64,000 bases of DNA from Octopus sinensis (Eukaryota), in NCBI RefSeq assembly GCF_006345805.1, contig NC_043002.1, positions 19,096,001 to 19,160,000 on the forward strand, given 5' to 3'. This document shows, one piece after another, positions 54,734-64,000 of this stretch. Each line of letters starts with the position of its first letter. The first letter of the stretch is position 1. The position numbers were made by a program, and so were the translations under genes. A model generated the notes under the pieces. That model was not told the origin of the DNA and searched no databases. It worked only from the letters and a program-made list of their open reading frames with translations.

Positions 54734-54955
54734 ACTCTTTTACTCTTTACCCTATTACTTGCTTCAGTCATTTGACTCTGGCCATTCTGGAGCACCGCCT
54801 TTAGTCGAGCAAATCGACCCCAGGACTTATTTTTAGTAAGCCTAATACTTATTCTATCGGTCTCCTTTGGCGAACCGCTAAGTTACGGGAGCGTAAACAC
54901 ACCGACACCGGTTGTCAAGCGATGTTGGGGCGACAAACACAGACACACAAACACA

Positions 54956-55009
<54 letters not shown>

Positions 55010-55232
55010 ACATATATCTATATATGCGACGGGCTTCTTTCAGTTTCCATCTACCAAATCCACTCACAAGTTAATGAAGTTGATTACATAACCTTTGTTT
55101 TTTCCGATGTCATCCCTTTGTCCTATTACCACTTTATACTTATCTAACATTATGTTATATACTATACGTATATTGAATTATACACCAGAATATTAGTCTT
55201 GCTATGCCTAAGCCAAAATATTAATATATGTA

Positions 55233-55448
55233 TGAAGAGGTGTTCGAAAGTTCCTGGTTTTAAGGGTATTGCGAAAGGCCTGGTTTAGAGTCCCAACCTT
55301 CCGAGTTCTTTTACAGATGTTCGAAAAACTGAAGGACCGTTGCAATAAGTGCGTGAATCTGAGAGGAGAATATGCTGAATAAAATCATAATTAACTGTCC
55401 TCCTGTAATTTCTGTTACCCAAAACCAGGAACTTTTCAGCACCCTTTC

Positions 55449-55449
<1 letters not shown>
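55233..55449. mobile_element. Mariner-derived MITE
   Basis: Degenerate TIRs gaagaggtgttcgaaagttcctgg / ccaggaacttttcagcaccctttc; internal transposase C-terminal remnant. Confidence 0.6.
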
Positions 55450-55514
<65 letters not shown>

Positions 55515-56966
55515 GTATGTTTGTATGTTTGTATGTATGTATGTATGTATGTGTGTTGTATGTATGTATGTATGTATGTATGTATGTATGTATGTATGTA
55601 TGTATGTATGTATGTATGTTTGTATGTATGTATGTATTGTGTGTATGTATGTATGTATGTATGTTGTATGTGTATGTATGTATGTATGTATGTATGTATG
55701 TATGTATGTATGTATGTATGTATGTTTGTATGTAGTATGTATGTATGTATGTATGTATGTATGTGTGTGTGTATGTATGTATGTATGTATGTATGTGTGT
55801 ATGTATGTATGTATGTATGTATGTATGTATGTTTGTATGTATGTATGTATGTATGTATGTATGTATGTATGTATGTGTGTATGTATGTATGTATGTATGT
55901 ATGTGTGTATGTATGTATGTATGTATGTTGTATGTATGTATGTATGTATGTATGTATGTATGTATTTGTGTGTATGTATGTATGTATGTATGTATGTGTG
56001 GTATGTATGTATGTATGTATGTATGTATGTATGTATGTATGTATGCATGTATGTATGTGTGTATGTATGTATGTATGTATGTATGTATGTATGTATGTGT
56101 GTGTAGTATGTATGTATGTATGTATGTATGTATGTATGTATATGTATGTTTGTATGTATGTATGTATGTATGATGTATGTATGTATGTATGTATGTATGT
56201 ATGTGTGTGTGTAGTATGTATGTAGTATGTATGTTGTATGTTTGTATGTTTGTATGTTTGTATGTATGTATGTATGTATGTGTGTGGTGTGTGTATGTAT
56301 GTAGTATGTATGTATGTATGTTGTATGTATGTATGTATGTATGTATGTGTATGTATGTATGTGTGTGTGTTGTATGTATGTATGTATGGTGTATGTATGT
56401 ATGTATGTATGTATGTATGTTTGTAGTATGTATGTATGTATGTATGTATGTATGTGGTATGTATGTATGTATGTATGTATGTGTGTGTGTATGTTGTATG
56501 TATGTATGTATGTATGTATGTATGTATGTGTGTATGTATGTATGATGTATGTATGTATGTATGTGTGTGTATGTATGTATGTATGTATGTATGTATGTAT
56601 GTATGTGTGTATGTATGTATGTATGTATGTATGTATGTATGTGTGTGTGTATGTATGTATGTATGTATGTATGTATGTTGTTGTATGTATGTATGTATGT
56701 ATGTATGTATGTGTGTGTATGTATGTATGTATGTATGTATGTATGTATGTTTGTATGTATGCATGTATGTATGTATGTATGTGTGTGTGTGTATGTATGT
56801 ATGTATGTATGTATGTATGTATGTATGTATGTTTGTATGTATGTATGTATGTATGTATGTATGTGTGTATGTATGTGTGTATGTATGTATGTATGTATGT
56901 ATGTATGTATGTGTGTGTATGTATGTATGTATGTATGTATGTATGTATGTATGTATGTATGTATGT
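55450..56966. repeat. ~1.5-kb (TA)n plus imperfect (TATG)n microsatellite
   Basis: Direct reading; the source of the 582-aa and 442-aa spurious ORFs. Confidence 0.97.
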
Positions 56967-57291
56967 AGTGAGGGCGCGTGGCTTAGTGGTTAGGGCATTT
57001 GGCTCATGATCATAAGGTCGTGAGTTCAATTGCCGGCGACGCGTTGTGTGCTTGAGCAAGACACTTTATTTCACGTTTCTCCAGACTACTCAGCTGGTAA
57101 AAATGAGTAGTACCTGCATTCCAAAGGGCCAGCCTTGTCACACTCAGTGTCACGCTGAATCTGGCTGAGAACTTGGTTAAGGGTAAACATGTCTGTGGAG
57201 CGCACAGCCACTTGCACGTTAATTCCACGAGCAAACTGTTCCTTTGATCGTATCAGCTGGGATCCTCTTTGTAACCGACGGAGTGCTCCTT

Positions 57292-57348
<57 letters not shown>

Positions 57349-58426
57349 TATCTTTCACCTGTTTCACACGTTTGTCTGCGGTCGTGCTAAGGCACCACCT
57401 TGAAGAATTTTTAGTTGAATGAATCGATCCCAATAATTCTTTTAAGTCTGGTATCTATTCTATCGGTCTCTTTTCCTGAACCGCTAAGTAACAGCGACGT
57501 AAACAAACCAACATCAGTTGTGTGTGCTCGCGCCCGTGTGTAAGATATTGTTTGTATAGACGAAGCTAGTGAGAAGTTTCATCTTATAATGTTGCAAACA
57601 CTGAAATATTAATGTCTACTCCGTGTATCGTTTTGATTTCCAGTTAAAGTTATTTTCTTTCTCTTCCGTTGCAAAACCTCATCTAAAAGTACGGATTAAA
57701 GAGTTATCATCCTCACCACCTAAAGACCGTGAGGTTTAGTGGTCTGATTGATAATTAAATGTTTAATCCTCTTAGATCAGAGCACCTGTGTCTAACTTTG
57801 CCTTCCACCTGGGCACATGAGCAAAAATATAAATGGTTGTTTATACAGCTCAAGAGTAACGATTGTAGGCAAACTAATGGAGACAATCGGTTGCATCTTT
57901 TCCTGCATCTGTTCATTTTTGTTTTACCGAGAATCCTACGAAGATGACATTTAACCTATACCAGCTATAGCAAGAATACGGCGTGACATAGTTAGATGTT
58001 CTTCCTTTTTTGAGTATGTCCGCTCTTAGTTATTTCTTCAGATTCTTCTGTTAAGATCACACTATCAGTTTAAAACTTGCAGATGTAATAAATTCTCTTT
58101 ACTTGTCTCGAAACTTACCATCACTCATACAAAATACGTCTGTGCAGTATTTTTGATTGAGAATTGAATAAATCTAGAATTTTTTCTTTGTATGTTTATT
58201 CCTCGTCTTAATTTCTCACACTTACACACATACAACAATTCATGAACACTAAAAGCATAGTTGAAAATATAATTTCAAGAATTCAAGCAGCAAATATTAA
58301 AAGATGAAATCAATTAAAAAAATCACAGAAATTATTTAAGTTGCATTTAGAAACGAAACCGATATTAAATTGTCTAGAATATGAATAACGTGAATGGAAA
58401 CAGCACTTCAGTTAGTTTTCACTTAC

Positions 58427-58549
58427 ACGATTTATGAATTTTTATATCATTGTGGAGGCATTCTACTTCCATACATTCATACATCGTTCTAAGTATGCCA
58501 CTTGAGCCATTACAAATACATATTCCTGTCATGTAACATCCGTTACATT
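58427..58549 (-). CDS. Gene B exon 3: (E)CNGCYMTGICICNGSSGILRTMYECMEVECLHNDIKIHKS, 6 Cys, phase 1-1
   Basis: ctcttttgcag|AATGTAACGGATG (exon start identical to gene A), T|gtaagt donor, 123 nt open frame. Confidence 0.9.
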
Positions 58550-58929
58550 CTGCAAAAGAGGGAGAAGCATTATATCTTTGAAACGGTAAACACATTTTTA
58601 AGATTTCCCATACTTGAAATTTGGAAGAATTTAATCCAACCAGATACTGAATATTATTTGTGCATGTTAGTAAATATTGTATCTTCAGGAATTTAGAGAA
58701 ACTTTTAAAGTGAAGCGATGCATATTAAATATGTAGAAAAAAAAATTATATTTATGGTCTCTGGAATTTCAAACATGAGTAAAGGAGTGGAGAAATATTA
58801 TGTAGAAAATCAAATTAGGACGATATGCTCTTGGCAAGGATACTGTTTAAAGTACTAACAGATATAAAATTAGACGATAATTGTCTTATAGCAAAGACAG
58901 GTTTCTGTGAAATTTGCAATAGAGGCATA

Positions 58930-59165
58930 TCTTATTTCTTTATTTCCCACAAGGGGCTAAACATAGAGGGGGACACACAAGGACAGACAAAGGGATTAAG
59001 TCGATTACATCGACCCCAGTGCGTAACTGCTACTTAATTTATTGACTCCGAAAGGATGAAAGGCAAAGTTGACCTCGGCAGAATTTGAACTCAAAACGTA
59101 CCCGTAGACGAAATACGGCTACGCATTTCGCCCGGCGTGCTAACGTTTCTGCCAGGTCGCCGCCC
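58930..59165 (-). mobile_element. Family-1 SINE in gene B intron 2
   Basis: Reverse complement of the head and body seen at 20447. Confidence 0.85.
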
Positions 59166-59517
59166 TCATCACTAGAGGTATATCTGTCGTTTAAGTTGCT
59201 GACTTTCTTCAGAATATAGTAGAGCATGCCTAAACATTATTCTACTCACAGATCTGTAATTATGTCGTGGGGCACTGTTAAGTCTTGTGAAGGGATAATT
59301 AAGGTTGAAATGCAAATTCTTTCTTTTTTGTTAATATCAAATCACTTAAGTTTTATCTCCAATCCTTTTAAAACTTAGAATAGTATCTCAAAAGTTTTTG
59401 TGCCACAGTGAACGGGGTAAAAAGACAAAGATTTCGCATGTCAGAGTCATATAAAGTCAGCATGTTCTACGATACAGATAAAAAAAAACTTAGAAGTTTC
59501 AGAATATTGAAACGTAC

Positions 59518-59602
59518 CTGAAGCTACATCAAGTTCCCCAAAAACAGTGGGAATGGCAATAATTGGAATCAAAATTTTTGCCAATGAATTCAATGAATTC
59601 AT
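59518..59602 (-). CDS. Gene B exon 2: signal peptide MNSLNSLAKILIPIIAIPTVFGELDVAS (phase-1 end) of a 135-aa secreted 12-Cys protein
   Basis: ttttacttacag|ATG acceptor and TCAG|gtacgtttcaatattct donor, nearly identical to the gene A donor flank gtatgtttcaatattct. Confidence 0.88.
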
Positions 59603-59707
59603 CTGTAAGTAAAATAGAATAAACACACGTAAAATATATCGACTATTTTCATACCAAAGATAAATCATTTCTACAGAAAAGTGATCATTTACACACACAC
59701 ACGCGCG

Positions 59708-59828
<121 letters not shown>

Positions 59829-60039
59829 CACGCACACACACACGCACGCACACCACACACACGTACATACGCATGTATATATAGACCACAGATGAGATCC
59901 AGTGATTCTCAGTTTAGGAGATACCTGGTAGTGCTAAAATGGTTCAAATTAAGACTCCGAGGTCTTTACAGGGGATCAGATCCGTGGAGTAAAGAATAGC
60001 TATAAGAGAGATCCAGTGGAGCAGATACAGAGGCAATTA

Positions 60040-60660
60040 CGGGGAAAAACAAATTAGATGTATAAAATATAAGGTTAGATATGAAATACAAAATATGTAT
60101 ATATGTATATATTCAAAACGTGAGAAAACAAAAAGTGGAAACTTTCAGACGATGAATTTTTAGATATATAGATATTTATATTAATAGATCCAACTTACAG
60201 AGTACAGACGACAGAGAAAATTAAAGTGGGGGATAAAGGTGTTGTAAGTCCAACAGCTGCTTCTGGGGGCTCGGAGATTCATCATAATGTTGGCAGATGT
60301 AGTTCATCGCAATATGCGGCCGTAATGGAAACAATCAGAAGTGGATAATATGAACCTCCGTCATCAGAGCAGAAAGGATCTTACATTTCAGTTCTTAATG
60401 CAGAAAGTTCAAAGAGGGAATGATCATTCCCTCTTTGAACTTCTCTGTATTAAGATCTGAAATGTAAGATCTCTATCATTTGTACTCTGTGTAAGTTGGA
60501 CCTATTAATATAATTATCTATATATTTATACTTAAATATTCATCGTCTGAAAGTCTCCACGTTTTGATTTCTCTCGTTTTGCATATATAATATAATATAA
60601 TATACACATTTTGTATTTCATACTCAAACCGTTATATTTAATATATCTAATTGTTTTTTT
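60040..60660. repeat. Nested foldback: ~170-bp outer inverted arms, ~95-bp inner palindrome (60377-60471), and a hammerhead-like motif on - (60249-60370)
   Basis: ctttcagacgatgaat / attcatcgtctgaaag; gttcaaagagggaatgatcattccctctttgaac; reverse complement CTGATGA...GAAGC-AGCT-GTT. Confidence 0.8.
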
Positions 60661-61877
60661 TATCCGCATAATTGCTTCTATGCATGTATATATGTACGTA
60701 TGTATATTTTCTATACGCGTCAGCACGCAATGCCATCTTAAGGCAAGGGTACACTTCGTACTTTCTCAAGAGCCAATATCAATCCATGTATGAGGTCCTT
60801 AATCAGAGAGGAATCCCCAAAGCAACTGTTTTAATGAGTGAATATTTCCACACCATCAGATTTAGTAAAGAAAGTTTATAAACATCTTCATTCACTATAT
60901 TGCTTGGAAGTTTTGAATTTGATCTATATCAACTCTGACAGTAAGTTATCCAGTTCCTGCAGATAAACCAATAACATTATTAGCTGTCCCTGCTGCTGGG
61001 AACTTTTCACATGACGAAATACCAAAAGTCAACAACAAGTGAGCTGATCAGTGTATAAGCTCTCTGGAATGGAATCTAAAGAATAAGTAATTCTTTGATT
61101 TATTATCTTCAAGAATAGCACAAAGATCATGTCCCAATTATTCAATAAATCCCTTACAAATGTTTGTAGACAGATCTAATAGATTCATTTCCCAGGATTC
61201 CTAAACAGTTTGAGATGTTCTTCAAAAATTGATCAAAGTCCCTCAAAAGCTCTGGAACTCCAAAATTGTTTCATTTTTGCCAACCTATTTATTTGATTAT
61301 CTCATCGAAATGTCCAACATCTGGATGCAAGAAAGCGAATTACAGACACTACACGTGTCAATACTTAATGATAGTGGATCACTGGATTCATTGTGCCTTG
61401 TCATTATGTTAGAACCATGATAGTGACCTTTCAAATTCTCACTGAATGTATGATGAAAATGGAGAGAAAACTCAAAAGTTTTTATCAAGGAATTTGTCCA
61501 AACTTGAAATATTAAATGGCGATTGCGCAAGACTGGAATGGCTGTTTAATTCCCCATCCCTATGTCGTTTGTAATGTTTTGTATGTTTGCTTATTGTTCC
61601 AGATAGAATTTTTCTTTGCTGCGTCAAGATTCAATGATTGGAACCGAGGAATCTTATAGTAGGATATGAAAATGAAATAAAAAGTAACAAAAATATAAAA
61701 CAGCGCAATTGCATAATTTAAAATTCAAACCAATAGAAAAAACATTAAAAAAAACAAAACGAACGAAATTATCATAATCCTAAGAAATGCTCTGAAGATG
61801 AGTCTTAAATTTTTTAAAATTATTAAATACTTTATAGAACAAAATATTACAATATAACATTCCATAGTTTAACTTAC

Positions 61878-61976
61878 CTTATAATCTTGAAGATGACTTC
61901 TACGTTAAGAAATACAGAATGATATAAGTAATTTTCAAATATACCCGAAATGGTGGCGTTGAAAACACCAGCTGTT
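61878..61976 (-). other. Gene B putative non-coding exon 1 (5' UTR); true 5' start unknown
   Basis: Ends in ATAAG|gtaagt on the minus strand; collinear with 1475-1580 (+). Confidence 0.7.
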
Positions 61977-62874
61977 ATCATACAGATTTTATTGAAATTC
62001 ACTATTGTAACATAACGTTTGTTCTTGATTTATCATGTGCATCATGACATGTTATTGGGAAATATTACAAAATGTTTGGAATAGCGTTTCATTTCTAATC
62101 TTTTTTATTAGTTTGATATAGAGTAAGGTGAGTGCTTATAGCTTTTGCAGGCCACTACAAACCGATGGAATCGAGGCGGTTAATATTCCTCTTGAACAAT
62201 TACAAGTTGATGGTAGCACTAAAAATAAGAACAAGGAGAAAATTCTAGAAAACCGAATTTTCTGGGGTGGAAGAAAAATGCTTTAATGGCTAGTGGGTAG
62301 CTTTTGAGGATAAAATATGGCTAACATATAAGTAAGAGAGACGTGTAAGACTGGAATGGCTGAGTGGAAGTGCACAAGACACTCTAATTATAGGGATAGA
62401 GCTAAAGTAGTAGCAACAGTAAACGCACAATGAAGAGACAGCATTTCTGTGGGCCAGAGGTTGACCCTGTTGGTGAGTGACTTTATACTTAGTAGGATGG
62501 TCAGTTTTCAGATACAGCTTTGGATGCTGGCACTGTACCAGATATAAAAACAATACACCGCTTGAATTTTATAGAGGGATAGTAGTTGTGGTGGGCGGAA
62601 ATATTTCATGATCTGATTGGAAGACCTCTGTTTATGGAATTTCTGTTTGGCTTGAAGTGATTAGGTTGTTCGTGGCTGATGTATGGGTGCGAACGTTTAA
62701 GGAGGAATAAAGAGTGCTATCATCTGCATAGGCATGAGTGTTGGTGGACCTAGAAGCGTGAAGGTAATTGATGCAAAAGGATATAAATAAAATAGAATGT
62801 AGGGGTGAGGATAAATTTTATATTGTGTAAATGGACAGACAGCGCTCTCTAGCACACGCCCGTTAGAGGCTATC

Positions 62875-63290
62875 TGTTTCTTTATTACCCACAAGGGGTC
62901 AAACATAGAGGGGACAAACAAGGACAGACAAACGGATTAAGTCGATTACATCGACCCCAGTACGTAACTGGTACTTAATTTATCGACTCCAAAAGGATGA
63001 AAGGCAAAGTCGACCTCGGCGGAATTTGAACGCAGAACGTAGCGGCAGACGAAATACCTATTTCTTTATTACCCACAAGGGGCTAAACACAGAGGGGACA
63101 AACAAGGACAGACATAGGTATTAGGTCGATTACATCGACCTCAGTGCGTAACTGGTACTTAATTTATCGACCCCGAAGAGATGAAAGGCAAAGTCGACCT
63201 CGGCGGAATTTGAACTCACAACGTAACGGCAGACGAAATACCGCTAAGCATTTCGCCCGGCGTGCTAACGTTTGTGCCAGCTCGCCGCCC
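62875..63290 (-). mobile_element. Family-1 SINE with two tandem body units
   Basis: Reverse complement of the 20447-type head and repeated body. Confidence 0.88.
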
Positions 63291-63354
63291 GTTAGGGGCT
63301 ATCGGCTTATGGAACAATACGATGACTACACCTGCTATGACACACATACACACG

Positions 63355-63400
<46 letters not shown>

Positions 63401-64000
63401 CCTTTCTCTCTCTCTCTCACTCTCTCATTTTATAGTATGTATATACCAAAGGTGACTCCAGATCATCAGCGTCACTCAGGCTCTTCACAGATTTCTGATA
63501 AGACAAATGCCTGCTCGAAGAATTTCACGTTTTTCCGCAATATTCCTAGCCTCAAGTGACTTAGGCTTATTTTCTATACCTAGCATTATGTCTTTCTCTA
63601 TTTCTAAGTTAAGTTAAGAAACTCTGCAAAACAACTGGACTTTACTCACTGACACACAGAATAATAGCAATGAAATAACGACATCGAAGTGCACAACAAC
63701 CATCTGTGATCTGACTGTCGCCTGTACTCTTGATAAGGGATGCCAGTTAGTCTTTTACACCTACCAGGCTCGTTCGTATTAGCCCAAGTTTCTGAATAAT
63801 TTTTCGTTCCCTTAAAAATATTGTAGAACGGGAACTTTTCATAAATTGGAATTTAAATCCTAATCACTATAGAAATAAATTGTTTCAGGAAAACATTGAA
63901 TTTGAATTACTTTTGATTTTTACGATGGTAGATAACAACTCGGGCTGTAACTTCTTAACCCGAGCCAGGCGCGTGTGAACGATGTCGCGAGAACGTCTGC

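Noticed and set aside
55311-57059. 582-aa, 442-aa and other long ORFs (HTYI/MYVC repeats)
   Set aside because: Translations of a (TATG)n microsatellite that lacks stop codons.
58119-58173. Candidate gene B exon IYSILNQKYCTDVFCMSD with a gtaagt donor
   Set aside because: Weak acceptor, wrong phase (stop when joined in phase 1), and no counterpart in gene A; the matching exon is 58427-58549.

Overview
AT-rich, repeat-dense animal DNA. The tRNA-derived SINE families, Dong/R4, Penelope and mariner content and the long microsatellites suggest an octopus (coleoid cephalopod) genome; this is an inference. Almost all ORF-track entries are transposon remnants or microsatellite noise. The main result is two convergent, paralogous five-exon genes that the ORF track does not assemble. 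Gene A is on + (~1475-41389, 125 aa) and gene B is on - (~49802-61976, 135 aa). Each has a non-coding first exon, a signal-peptide exon starting at ATG directly after the acceptor, two phase-1/phase-1 cysteine-rich exons and a short terminal exon. All 12 cysteines and all splice phases are conserved, at about 41% mature-protein identity (44/107 by manual alignment). I do not recognise the family; it looks like a small secreted disulfide-rich protein family. The introns also hold about seven minimal hammerhead-ribozyme-like motifs (Penelope type), several foldback palindromes, microsatellite-flanked retroelements (Dong in (TAA)n, Tx1 in (GATA)n), three full-length decayed mariners, and hAT and Helitron remnants. 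Coordinates of repeats are approximate; coding-exon coordinates were counted by hand.
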